Positions 49,238-59,341 of a DNA stretch of 64,000 bases are shown here, piece by piece. The DNA comes from Candidatus Velthaea sp. Lineage in GTDB: Bacteria > Vulcanimicrobiota > Vulcanimicrobiia > Vulcanimicrobiales > Vulcanimicrobiaceae. Position 1 is the first letter of the stretch. The number at the start of each line of letters is the position of its first letter. Location: NCBI GenBank assembly GCA_965214935.1, contig CBDCCS010000011.1, positions 96,001 through 160,000 on the forward strand. Direction: 5' to 3'. A model generated the notes under the pieces. That model had not been told where the DNA came from and ran no database searches. It saw only the letters and a program-made list of their open reading frames with translations. The position numbers and the translations under genes are program-made.

Positions 49238-49309
49238 AAAGCTGTAGGAGCCATGATGGCCCTTAGCCAGGTTGTCGATTGAGACAACCGTTCACGGAGG
49301 AGTTTCCCA

Positions 49310-50623
49310 ATGTCCATCAGTCTTGCCAATAATCTGTTGGCCAATCAGGTTGCGCTCAACCTTAATAAAAATCAGTCCGCGCTGCAAGGCTCGGTCAGCA
49401 AACTCTCGAGCGGTCTGCGCATCAACACCGCAGCGGACGATCCGTCAGGTCTTGCGATTGCCGAGAAGTTACAGTCACAGGTCAACGGCTTTGACCAGGC
49501 CATTGCCAACATTCAAGATGCGACGAATGCAACGACCGTCGCCGACGGCGCATTGCAGACGACCACCGACATTCTGCAGCGCATTCGCAGTCTGGCAGTT
49601 GAAGCCAGCTCCGATACGAACACCCAGTCCGACAAAACGAATCTGCAGACGGAAGTCACGCAGCTGCTTCAAGAAGTCAATACGATTTCGCAGAACACCA
49701 ATTTCAACGGGTCGGCACTTCTTGACGGCAGCCACGCCGGTTTTCAATCGGCCGTTGCCGCATCGACGACCGTTACCACTAACGGCGCGCTTGCCGCAGC
49801 GTCGTCCGCCTCGCAGTCGACCCTCGGCGTCGGCGTCAACAGCGGCTTACTTGCCGCGTCGGTGATCGGCGTCGGCTCGAATACGTCGGGCGCAACGAGC
49901 GGATTCTACGCGGTCGCAACCGCCTCGTCCGGCTATGCCAGCGGTTCGGCGACCGGTGGTTCCGTGGACGGCACGATCCAGTTGACGGTTATCAACACGG
50001 GCACGTCGATCGCCGTTCAAGAAACATTCGTCTCATCGAATAACGGCGTCTTCGGCTCCTCGGTTGCCACGCAACTTTTATCGAACGGAGAATCGAGCTC
50101 GATTTTCGATAACGTTGCGATCACGCTGGGCAACTTCACGACTGCCGACGTCGGCGTTACCTCGTATATCAAAGTTTCACAAAACGTCGCTGCGGTTACC
50201 AATCCGACGACGTCGGCTTTCAGCTTCCAAGCCGGCGCTTCGGAAGGTTCGACGATCGTTTTCGGTATCCAAGCGACAAATAGCGCATCGCTGCGCATAT
50301 CAAACATCAACTTGCTCGTCACGACATCGACCGGCAGTTCGATCGGCGCCGAAGACGCGATCGGCCAGATCGACAACGCGCTATCGAGCTTGTTGACCGA
50401 ACGGGCAAATTTGGGTGCCGTCACCGTCCGGCTGCAAGAAAACTCGACGAACGACAGCGTCGCGGCGACGAACTTGCAGGCTTCGGAATCGAACATCCGC
50501 GACCTCAACGTCAGTGCCGAAACGACGAAATACACCGCCGATCAGATTCTCATATCGGTGGGTACGTCGGTCTTGCTGCAATCCAATAACAACGCGCAAT
50601 CGGTCGAACGGCTCTTCCAGTAA
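49310..50623 (+). CDS. fliC: Flagellin 2 (close paralogue of flagellin 1)
   Basis: Near-identical termini, diverged central region. Confidence 0.96.
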   Translation: MSISLANNLLANQVALNLNKNQSALQGSVSKLSSGLRINTAADDPSGLAIAEKLQSQVNGFDQAIANIQDATNATTVADGALQTTTDILQRIRSLAVEASSDTNTQSDKTNLQTEVTQLLQEVNTISQNTNFNGSALLDGSHAGFQSAVAASTTVTTNGALAAASSASQSTLGVGVNSGLLAASVIGVGSNTSGATSGFYAVATASSGYASGSATGGSVDGTIQLTVINTGTSIAVQETFVSSNNGVFGSSVATQLLSNGESSSIFDNVAITLGNFTTADVGVTSYIKVSQNVAAVTNPTTSAFSFQAGASEGSTIVFGIQATNSASLRISNINLLVTTSTGSSIGAEDAIGQIDNALSSLLTERANLGAVTVRLQENSTNDSVAATNLQASESNIRDLNVSAETTKYTADQILISVGTSVLLQSNNNAQSVERLFQ

Positions 50624-50642
50624 GCGCTGGTTAAGTAAAGAG

Positions 50643-50669
50643 AAGGCTCGCTCCGGCGGGCCTTTTTTT
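50643..50669 (+). terminator. Intrinsic terminator after flagellin 2
   Basis: AAGGCTCGC-TCCG-GCGGGCC-T7. Confidence 0.85.
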
Positions 50670-50699
50670 GTGGTCCGGGTTCGCCGACATTAAGGTGGT

Positions 50700-52781
50700 A
50701 TGGCGCCGCTCTTCATTCATTCGACTCGGCAAGCGCGGCCGGCGCCGACTGCCCAGTCGCATCCGGCAATGCATTTGCCGTTCGGCTTACCCGCCCCGCA
50801 GCATGCAGTGCAACGCGACGCCGGTGTGAGCTTATGCATGATCGTCAAAAACGAGGAACGCTTTCTTGCCGCCTGCTTGCGCAGTGTGGCGGGCGTCGTC
50901 GATGAAATGTGTATCGTCGACACCGGCTCGACCGACCGGACCGTTAAAATTGCAACATCGTTCGGCGCGAGAATCGAGCACCGCGTCTGGCGCGACGACT
51001 TTGCTTGGGCGCGCAATGAGGCGCTCGCGCTTGCCACCAAGCGTTGGATCTTCGTTCTCGATGCCGACGAAGAGCTCGACTCGGGTGGTGCCGACGTCTT
51101 ACGATCGGTGCGGACGGCTGCTGCCGATCGAACCGGATTGTGGGTGCGCTGCAACAACCTGTCGGACGATTACAAAGGCACCGGTGTTTCGACGCACGCG
51201 CTCGTACGGCTATTTCCGAATAACGAACGCATTCGTTACTCGTCTCCGGTTCACGAATTCATTACCGTCGACGGACGATCGACCGGCATCGATGCGCGCA
51301 TGAGTCCGCTGTCGATCACCCATCACGGTTACTTAAGCGAGATCGTCCAGTTGCGCGGCAAGGCCAAACGTAATCTACTGCTCGTCCAGCGGGCAACGGA
51401 GACCGACCCGGACGAGCCGTTCAACTGGTATAATCTCGGCACCACCTCGCTGCTGTGCGGCGAACCTGCCGCAGCGATCGTCGCGCTCGAAAAAATGCGC
51501 GAACTTGCCGGAGCGACGCAGCGCGGCTTCATCCCCAATGCACTCGCGCAGCTGGCGGATCTCTACACCGACCGCGGTGATCTCGAGCGCGGCGTTGCAG
51601 CGGCGTCCGACAGTCTCGCCAAAGCGCCGCATTTCGCTAACGCCCATTTCGCGCTCGGCCGCGCGCTGGTGAAGCTTGGCCGTTACGACGAGGGACGGGC
51701 GGCGTTTCGCGCTGCGATCGACGATGCGGAGCATTCGGCGCGCCAATTCATCGTCGATGACGAGGTTTCGGCGTGGAAAGCGCATTCGGAAATCGGCACA
51801 TCGTACGGCACGCAGGGCGACGATGTTGCCGCACTCGAGTGGTTCGAGCGCGGGCTGTCGCAGCGGCCGCTGGTCGTGCCGTTGCGACTGAATCGTGCGC
51901 GCGCGCTCGAACGTCTGCGGCGCTTGGATGAAGCGGAGGCGATGTTTGCCGATTTGGCCCGCGATGAACCCGGCGACGTGCACAGCGTCGACTATATCAA
52001 TTACCTCTTACGGCACGAACGTTTCTCGCAAGCCGCGGGCGCAATCGAGACGGCGCTCGCGGTAACGTCGCCGCGCACGCAAGCATCGTTGCTGGCAACG
52101 GCTGCCAAGATCGTGGCTCGCACCGGTGGGGGCAACGTCGGCGTACTGCTCGAGCGTGCGCTCGCGACGCACGGTGGCGCAGCCGAGGTGCTCGAAGCTG
52201 CGGAGCAGTACTATCGCGAACGCGGCGATCAACTCGCCCTCGAACGGATCTGGACCGACGAGCTCAGCGCCCCAATGATGCTTGCAGCGGATTACGCGCG
52301 GCGGGCAACGCAATTTCTGTCCCGCGACGCGTTTGCCGAGGCCGAAGCGGCGACGCTGGCCGGTCTCGAGCTGTTCCCCAACGACCCGGCGCTGCGTTAC
52401 AACCTCGGTGTCGCGTTTGTGAAAACGAATCGGAAGCGCGAAGCACTTAGCGAGTTGCAGCGCGTTCCGACCGCCGGCGACATCGGACTGCGCGCGGCAT
52501 TTTTGACTTCGATCGTCTTGAGCGATCTCAAATGCTATAGCGAAGCGCTCGATGCCGTCGATGCCGTTCTGCGGTTGGCTCCGGCGGAAATCGATGCGCA
52601 TCTTCACCGCTTTCGGTGTGCCGACGCGTTGGGGCACGACACGCAAGCAGAGTCCACGTTGCGCGCAGCGCTCGAGTTCGGTGACATGCGCGTCGCAACC
52701 GAACTTGCAACCTGGTTGCTGCGCAAAAATCGCTTCGCGGAAGCGGCAGCCGTCGCGCAAACGGCGCTAGCGACGGTTTGA
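50700..52781 (+). CDS. GT2 glycosyltransferase with TPR repeats (probable flagellin glycosyltransferase)
   Basis: SLCMIVKNEE, DTGSTD.T, W.DDF..ARN, LDADE, HE, H.GY, then TPR-like repeats. Confidence 0.88.
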   Translation: MAPLFIHSTRQARPAPTAQSHPAMHLPFGLPAPQHAVQRDAGVSLCMIVKNEERFLAACLRSVAGVVDEMCIVDTGSTDRTVKIATSFGARIEHRVWRDDFAWARNEALALATKRWIFVLDADEELDSGGADVLRSVRTAAADRTGLWVRCNNLSDDYKGTGVSTHALVRLFPNNERIRYSSPVHEFITVDGRSTGIDARMSPLSITHHGYLSEIVQLRGKAKRNLLLVQRATETDPDEPFNWYNLGTTSLLCGEPAAAIVALEKMRELAGATQRGFIPNALAQLADLYTDRGDLERGVAAASDSLAKAPHFANAHFALGRALVKLGRYDEGRAAFRAAIDDAEHSARQFIVDDEVSAWKAHSEIGTSYGTQGDDVAALEWFERGLSQRPLVVPLRLNRARALERLRRLDEAEAMFADLARDEPGDVHSVDYINYLLRHERFSQAAGAIETALAVTSPRTQASLLATAAKIVARTGGGNVGVLLERALATHGGAAEVLEAAEQYYRERGDQLALERIWTDELSAPMMLAADYARRATQFLSRDAFAEAEAATLAGLELFPNDPALRYNLGVAFVKTNRKREALSELQRVPTAGDIGLRAAFLTSIVLSDLKCYSEALDAVDAVLRLAPAEIDAHLHRFRCADALGHDTQAESTLRAALEFGDMRVATELATWLLRKNRFAEAAAVAQTALATV

Positions 52782-52786
52782 CCGGC

Positions 52787-52814
52787 TAAGCCGGCAAGAG
52801 GCGTCTGCCGAATA
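52787..52814 (+). promoter_or_regulatory. Sigma-28-type promoter TAAG-N16-GCCGAATA for fliD-fliS
   Basis: Consensus-like match upstream of fliD. Confidence 0.6.
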
Positions 52815-52856
52815 CCATTTTGACAGCTTGCGCTATTTGCTTGGATAGGAACGACG

Positions 52857-54920
52857 ATGAGCGGAATCTCCGGAGCATCAGCTTCGACCGGCAGCACTTC
52901 GACCGTCGGCACGAATCTTGCACCGATCACGTTTCCGGGCATCGCATCGGGCATCGACTATAACTCGATCATTACGAAGCTCACTTCGCTGACGCTCGCG
53001 CCCAATACGCAGTACAACAATCAAATCACGCAGCTCAATGCGAAAAACGCCGAACTCATCAAGATCAACGGCTTACTTGCATCCGTGCAAAGTTCGCTCG
53101 CCGCACTGTCGGATCCGGGAACGTTCAACGCCTATACCGGTTCGTCGACCAATCCGCTCGATGCGACGCTGAGCCAAACGCCGGGTGCCGTCGCGGTACC
53201 CGGTTCTTATACGATTGAAGGGACGCAACTCGCGACGGCCACCACGGTCGACAGCCCGTCGGGCGTCGGCGTGGCACTCAACGTCAATACCGCGCTCGTT
53301 TCGGCCGGAACCGCGATCACGCCGACGAACGGAAACGATCCGCAGGGACGCCAAGGCCAGATCACCGTCGACGGCGTTTCGATTGCGTACGACGTCGGTT
53401 CCCAGTCGCTTTCCACGATCGTTGCCAACATTTATGCCGCGGTCCACACGGCCGCAGTCGATCCGGGTTTTCAAATCTCGGTCAACTCCAGCGGCTTGGT
53501 TTCGATCTCCAGTAGCGATCAGCAAATCTCGCTCGGCATCGCGTCCGACCGTGGAAATCTCGAATCGGTGCTCAAGCTCGATGTCGCTCAAATCGATAAT
53601 AGCGGACCGCCTAATAGCGTGATCAGCGCCGGACCGATCGGCGGCGTCAACGCAGGTACGACGTTGAGTGCGGCCGGAAATGCGGGCTTCGCGACGGCAA
53701 TCACGACCGGCACGTTCACCATCAACGGTCTGCCGATCAGCGTGAATGCATCGACCGATAACGTCACGAGCATTCTAGCAAAAATCAATAGCTCGACTGC
53801 CGGTGTGGTCGCTTCGTATAATTTAACGTCGGGTACGTTCTCACTCGTCAACAGCACGACTGGTTCGCAGAGCATCGTCGTCGGCTCGGCGGCCGATACC
53901 AGCAACTTCTTGCGCGCAGCGCAATTAACGCCGGCGAGCGGTGCATCGACAGCCGTCGGCCGGCAAGCCTACGTGAGTGTCTTGACCGCGGGCGGCACAC
54001 TCCAGACAATCTTTAGTAATTCGGATTCGGTCGCCGGTGCGATTCCCGGCATGAACGTCAACGTGACCGGTACGACGTCGGCACCGTTCAGCGTGAACGT
54101 CGCGCAGAGCTCGGGTGCCGCAATCACCGCGATTACAAATTTCGTATCGGCGTACAATGCCGCGCTGAGCGAGATCGCGCTCGCCACCGCGCCGCCGGTC
54201 GTGCAGCAGAAGGCGTCGACGGCGACCTCGTTGACGGCAACGAGCAGCGTGCTGGCTTCGGGCGGCGTGCTCTACGGCGACCAAACGATTCAAACGCTCG
54301 CAAATCGCTTGACGAACATGGTATCGAGTATCAATCCCGACACCGGAAGCGCCTACTATAATTCGCTGGCGAGCATCGGTTTGTCGCTCGACACGTCGCA
54401 TACGGTGTACTCGTCTACGACCAACGCTCAAAACGGGTCGACGTCTCCGTCGACGACCGGCCCGGTGGCGGTGACGAGCGCCGACGGCACGGACGGGCAG
54501 TTTACGGCGCTCAACATCGCGACGTTCAGCGCAGCTTTTGCCGCCGACCCCCGAGCCGTCGCCAAGCTGTTCACATCCACCGGCGCACTCACGAACGCGG
54601 CGAACTCGACGCCGGTCACCAGCGGGTTGAGCTATCAGCTCGGCAGCTTTCTCACCGGCGTTACGGGCAACCCGATGTCGCTGGTCAACGGGTTGGTTGG
54701 GACCATTCCGATCGTCGCGTTGCTGCAAGGCGATGAAAACACAGCGACGGCCCAGATTACGTCGCTCAATCAGAGCATCAAAGATGTCACCGACAAAGCC
54801 AACGCGCAAGCCGATTTATTGCGAAAAGAAGCGACTGCCAGCGAAGCATTGGTCGCTAAATATCAATCGGAGCAGTCGGCAGTCAATCAACTTAGCGGTT
54901 CTAGCTCGACTTCGAGTTAG
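52857..54920 (+). CDS. fliD: Flagellar filament cap protein
   Basis: G.ASGID..SII..L, GSY.I...QLA, I..FV.AYN, L.GD, L.SIG.S. Confidence 0.88.
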   Translation: MSGISGASASTGSTSTVGTNLAPITFPGIASGIDYNSIITKLTSLTLAPNTQYNNQITQLNAKNAELIKINGLLASVQSSLAALSDPGTFNAYTGSSTNPLDATLSQTPGAVAVPGSYTIEGTQLATATTVDSPSGVGVALNVNTALVSAGTAITPTNGNDPQGRQGQITVDGVSIAYDVGSQSLSTIVANIYAAVHTAAVDPGFQISVNSSGLVSISSSDQQISLGIASDRGNLESVLKLDVAQIDNSGPPNSVISAGPIGGVNAGTTLSAAGNAGFATAITTGTFTINGLPISVNASTDNVTSILAKINSSTAGVVASYNLTSGTFSLVNSTTGSQSIVVGSAADTSNFLRAAQLTPASGASTAVGRQAYVSVLTAGGTLQTIFSNSDSVAGAIPGMNVNVTGTTSAPFSVNVAQSSGAAITAITNFVSAYNAALSEIALATAPPVVQQKASTATSLTATSSVLASGGVLYGDQTIQTLANRLTNMVSSINPDTGSAYYNSLASIGLSLDTSHTVYSSTTNAQNGSTSPSTTGPVAVTSADGTDGQFTALNIATFSAAFAADPRAVAKLFTSTGALTNAANSTPVTSGLSYQLGSFLTGVTGNPMSLVNGLVGTIPIVALLQGDENTATAQITSLNQSIKDVTDKANAQADLLRKEATASEALVAKYQSEQSAVNQLSGSSSTSS

Positions 54921-54941
54921 ACGTTCGCATACGAAGGAAGC

Positions 54942-55373
54942 ATGGCTAGACCTGAAGTCTCCTACCTAAAAACCAAGCTGACGACCGCGCGTCCCGAAGA
55001 GCTGACGATCATCACCTTCGACGTATTAATCAACTCGACGGCTGCGGCAATCGCCGGCCTCAACAATCCGGTGCTCGATATCGAGGCGATACACAAAGAT
55101 TTGCGGCGCGCGCAACGTGCCGTTGCGCTGTTGATGGGTTCGCTGCGCTTCGAGATCGATGATGAACTGGGCCGCAACATTTTTCGCATCTACGAATATT
55201 GGCACCACGAACTTTTCATGGCGAACATGCAGAAATCCAGTACGACCATCGAGGCACTTCTGCCCGACTTCAAATCGTACCGCCAGACATGGGTCGAAGC
55301 AAACCGGCGGTATCGCGCCGAACAGTCGGTACCGCTGCAGTATAGCGAAGGCGGCTTTGTCGCGGTCAGTTGA
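54942..55373 (+). CDS. fliS: Flagellin export chaperone
   Basis: Y....TA.PEEL....FD, L..SL, N...IY.Y...L..AN, W. Confidence 0.85.
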   Translation: MARPEVSYLKTKLTTARPEELTIITFDVLINSTAAAIAGLNNPVLDIEAIHKDLRRAQRAVALLMGSLRFEIDDELGRNIFRIYEYWHHELFMANMQKSSTTIEALLPDFKSYRQTWVEANRRYRAEQSVPLQYSEGGFVAVS

Positions 55374-55737
55374 TCCGCAATCGGCCGAGATCGCTACGAC
55401 GATCGTCGAGTTCGAGCGCAGCGTCGACGACGCCGAGCGCGCGCTTGTCGTTCGCGATTGGGCGCGCGTCGATGCACTGCTGCTCGAACAGCGACGTCTG
55501 ACGCATGCGCTGGCCAACGCGCTCGACGCATCGCGCGACCGCCGGCCGCAAGCGTTCAGCGACGAAGTGAATCGCCGGTTGGAACGCATAACGGTTCGGC
55601 GCGCCGATCAGATGCGCCGCCTCATCGCATTCAATCATTCGGTGAACGCGCGCTTGAAGATGATTGCGCAAGCCAAGCAAATGCGTCATTCGCATACCGA
55701 TAGCCCCGCGCCACGCCTGCTCGATTTGTTGCAGTGA
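55357..55737 (+). CDS. Small helical protein in the FliT position
   Basis: TTG start with GAAGG upstream; AL...DW..V..LL.EQ helix pattern; follows fliS. Confidence 0.5.
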   Translation: MSRSVDPQSAEIATTIVEFERSVDDAERALVVRDWARVDALLLEQRRLTHALANALDASRDRRPQAFSDEVNRRLERITVRRADQMRRLIAFNHSVNARLKMIAQAKQMRHSHTDSPAPRLLDLLQ

Positions 55738-56204
55738 CGGTGCACGAAGCAAGGAGTACGGCCGCTGTTGCCGGTCGCAACGCGGACGTTAGCGGCTAGT
55801 CGAACTTGTCGCGGACAAGTGGATCGTCGAGATTGTACCGGACGTCCCTGGCAATCCTCAACAAATGTTGACTCAAGTGTTGGGGACTCGATGTCAAAGG
55901 TCTTGTGCGTCGTAAACTCTTGCACGAGATCCGCCGAAGGTCGAACGCGAGCCGAGCAGGGTTTCATTACAGCACGCATTCGGAAATAAACTCTTTTCCG
56001 GAGCGTGTATGCGTCGCATGCGCTCCCACCAAAAACGTCGATCCAGCTCGGAATTGCGATGTCGTTTTTACTTGCTTCACGTCGGCAGGTTAGGCCGTAT
56101 GCGTTGAACTCTCATATTTCGTTGCCGAAACTTCGACAGGCACCGCAGACGGCGCAACAAGTTCTTTGGTAAGCTTGTAATTTAGCTCGCGCTCTCACTT
56201 GTAG

Positions 56205-56350
56205 TTGATACCGCTATCTGGGCCAGGCGCGCCGCGGACGCGGCTTCGGGCCATGTTACGTACCCTCGACGAATCTTACGCGGGCGGCCGCAATGCATGT
56301 GTGCTCGGGACGCTGGTCATCGGCGGAAGTCGCGAAGAATTTCAGCGGGC
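56205..56350 (+). pseudogene. Remnant resembling a TetR-family C-terminal domain
   Basis: PL.GPG.P..RLRAML..LD..YAGGR.AC.LG.L pattern without an N-terminal HTH; degrades afterwards. Confidence 0.45.
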
Positions 56351-56683
56351 TTGTAATCGCTTTGTCGCCTGTGAACCGGACGCCTATCGAACGAGCGCCA
56401 TTGCACCAGCGAGCGGCCAGCGTCGCAGCCGCCGGAAAACAGCGCGCGCTTTCGCTCACCACCCGCTTGACGGTGCACGCGTCCGTGTCGCTCCTTAGCA
56501 ACGCAGCCATCACCGGCGGCACACGCCCGGCGACGTGTTGACGTTAAGTTAAGTTCGCCCGTCGCAAGCGCGAAGCGCGCTCGTTACGGCAGGCCGGTAT
56601 GGCGCTGCGGCGTAGGTTTTTCCAAGTATTCTCCGTCTCGCGAAAGCTGCCGGTTGCAACGCGTGAGCACTCGATTGTAGCGT

Positions 56684-59341
56684 ATGGATTATTCGATCGT
56701 CATGCCGGTGTACAACCGGGCGGATTTAACGCGTGATTGTTTGCGGACGTTGCCGCCGACGCTCGCCGGCGCCGGTAACGGCGAGCTCATCGTCGTCGAT
56801 AACGGTTCGCAGTCCGACACGGCCGACGTACTCGCCGAGTTTCCGTGGGTGCGCGTCATCCGCAATGAGGTCAATCTCGGCTTTGCTGCCGCGTGCAATC
56901 AAGGTGCGGCCGCCGCGGCGGGCCAGGACGTCTGTTTTCTCAATAACGACATGATCGCGCATGCCGGGTGGCTGGCGAAGATGCGGGCACGCGGGGCGCC
57001 GGATGTCGGCATCGTCGGCGCTCGCTTATTTTTCCCCGATGGGACGATCCAGCATGCCGGCGTCGCGACGTTGCCGATGCGCTTCGGCATCGAGGGCATT
57101 TTACCGTATCATCTGTACTGGGGCGCGACAAACGTGCCGGCCGCGGCCGAATCGGCCGAGCTTGATATCGTCACCGGCGCGTGCCTGCTAACGCCGCGCG
57201 AACTTTTCACGGCGCTGGGCGGATTCGATCCGACGTATTGGAACGGCTACGAAGACGTCGATTATTGCTTGCGCGTCCGCGAGCGTGGATTACGTGTGAT
57301 CTACGAAGCGGACGCAACCCTGTTGCATCTCGAGTCGCAATCCGGCGTTCAGCGTAAGCGGCGTTTGAGTTACAACCTGCAAACGTTAGCGGCGCGGTGG
57401 GGCAGTCGCGTCGAGCCCGATCACAACTTCTATCTTTTGCGCGGCGCGCAACTGCGCCGCGAAATGTTCCCGGATAATGCGCGCGCTTTCTCAACTGTCG
57501 CGTTGCCGCCGGTGACGGTCGTCGTCCACGGTTCCGACGCTGGCGAACCGGAGGCGTTCAGCGCCGCTCTAGCTGCGAATCACGCACGCATCGAGCGCCT
57601 CGTCCGGCTTACCGCCGGCAATGCGTCCCTGGCCGTCGGAGCACCGTCCGCAGACGTCGACGACGTCGCGGCGGTTCGTAGGTTACTCGAGGGCCGCAGC
57701 GACCGGTATTTTGCATTCGTGCACGCGCAGTCCGCCCTCGCACCGGGCTGGCTCGACGAGTTAATAAACGCTATCGAGTACGGTCACGAAGTCATCGCCG
57801 CCACCGTGGCGCCCGAAGGTTCGGCCGGGGTCGAACCGTGCGCTGCGGACGGCCGCTGCACGCTGCTCAATCTCCGAAACGTGCCGGCGCATCTTCGCAT
57901 CGGTCCGGTGCAAACGCTCGATGCCGCAATCGTCGATCTCACGTGGCAGGCGGTACAAGCCGGATCGAGCGTCCGTAGCGTCCGGCGCGGCAGATTCGGC
58001 GCATTGCCTGCGCCCGTCGAAGATCCGGTTTTTGCGGCTCGCTACGGGACGGCGCACGATGTGCTGCGCCGCGCCGATGCGCAGCGGCTCGAAGCGGCGT
58101 GCCGCGACCGGCCGGCGGCGCCGACGCTGGCATCGATCGTCATGCTGAGCTGGAATGCTCCGGGATACACCCAGACCGCCGTCGACTCGATTCGTGCCGT
58201 TACCCGGACGCCGTACGAAATTATCATCGTCGATAACGGTTCAGGGCCCGAAACGCTCGCAATGCTCGCTCGACTCGAGGGCGTTCAGGTTATCTATAAT
58301 TCGGAAAATAAGGGCTTTGCGTACGGCTGCAATCAGGGTCTGGCCGCCGCCGGCGGCACGCACGTCGTGTTACTCAACAACGACGTCGTCGTCACCGCCG
58401 GTTGGCTCGAAAGCCTCCTATCGGCACACGCGCGCGACCCGCTCGTCGGAATCTCCGCTCCGCGCAGCAATCGCGTTGTCGGTCATCAGCAAATCGGTAA
58501 TCTTGCGTATGCTTCAATTGAAGCGATGCACGCATTTGCCGCCGAGCGATCGCGTGAATTTGCCGGCATGCACTATCGCACCGACCGCGCGATCGGCTTT
58601 TGCCTGTGCATTTCACGCAACGTCATTGAAGAAGTCGGCGGTATCGATACGCGCTACGGCGTCGGCAATTTCGAGGACGATGATTTTTGCATCCGGGTGC
58701 GTGCAGCGGGTTACCAGATCGTCGTGTGTCAAGACGCGTTCATCCATCATTTCGGCAGCGTTTCGTTCGCGGCAAATAAGGTCGATTACGCATCGCAGAT
58801 GCAGAAAAATTGGCAAATTTTTGCCGCCCGCTGGAATCTGCCCGCGGCGTATCCGCTCGAAGGATACAACGCGGCGCCGGCCATCGCCGCCGGTTTTGTG
58901 CGCGAGCGCGACTACGTTCCCTTACCGCAACCCGAACCGGAGCCGGCGCCCCCGGCACGTGCCTACGCAACGGCGTTCGTCGCACTCGTCGACGGTGATG
59001 CGGCGTGGTCGCGCATCGGGCCGATCGTGACCAACTACATTCGCGCCTTATCGGCCGACGATCCGAGCTTATTTGCCATCGGCGTCACCGGCGCTGCCGA
59101 CGCTACGACGATCGGCGCGCGCATCGCGCGTTCGATCGGAAAGTTGCAGATCGAGGAACGTCACGTGGCCGACATCGACGTCGCCGATATCGAGGACTCG
59201 CGCGTCGGCGAATGGCTGACGGCGATTCCGGCGTCCGCGCGCCTGAGCATCGTTAAGGACGATCGTCTGGCCGGACTGCGTTTTGCGGCCGACCGCAGTC
59301 CCAGCGGTTTGGCGCGAGCCGTGCGCGGCGACCGGAGATGA
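56684..59341 (+). CDS. Glycosyltransferase with tandem GT2 domains
   Basis: Two SIV..VDNGS..N.GFA..CNQG..LNND..ED.D.C.R modules. Confidence 0.92.
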   Translation: MDYSIVMPVYNRADLTRDCLRTLPPTLAGAGNGELIVVDNGSQSDTADVLAEFPWVRVIRNEVNLGFAAACNQGAAAAAGQDVCFLNNDMIAHAGWLAKMRARGAPDVGIVGARLFFPDGTIQHAGVATLPMRFGIEGILPYHLYWGATNVPAAAESAELDIVTGACLLTPRELFTALGGFDPTYWNGYEDVDYCLRVRERGLRVIYEADATLLHLESQSGVQRKRRLSYNLQTLAARWGSRVEPDHNFYLLRGAQLRREMFPDNARAFSTVALPPVTVVVHGSDAGEPEAFSAALAANHARIERLVRLTAGNASLAVGAPSADVDDVAAVRRLLEGRSDRYFAFVHAQSALAPGWLDELINAIEYGHEVIAATVAPEGSAGVEPCAADGRCTLLNLRNVPAHLRIGPVQTLDAAIVDLTWQAVQAGSSVRSVRRGRFGALPAPVEDPVFAARYGTAHDVLRRADAQRLEAACRDRPAAPTLASIVMLSWNAPGYTQTAVDSIRAVTRTPYEIIIVDNGSGPETLAMLARLEGVQVIYNSENKGFAYGCNQGLAAAGGTHVVLLNNDVVVTAGWLESLLSAHARDPLVGISAPRSNRVVGHQQIGNLAYASIEAMHAFAAERSREFAGMHYRTDRAIGFCLCISRNVIEEVGGIDTRYGVGNFEDDDFCIRVRAAGYQIVVCQDAFIHHFGSVSFAANKVDYASQMQKNWQIFAARWNLPAAYPLEGYNAAPAIAAGFVRERDYVPLPQPEPEPAPPARAYATAFVALVDGDAAWSRIGPIVTNYIRALSADDPSLFAIGVTGAADATTIGARIARSIGKLQIEERHVADIDVADIEDSRVGEWLTAIPASARLSIVKDDRLAGLRFAADRSPSGLARAVRGDRR

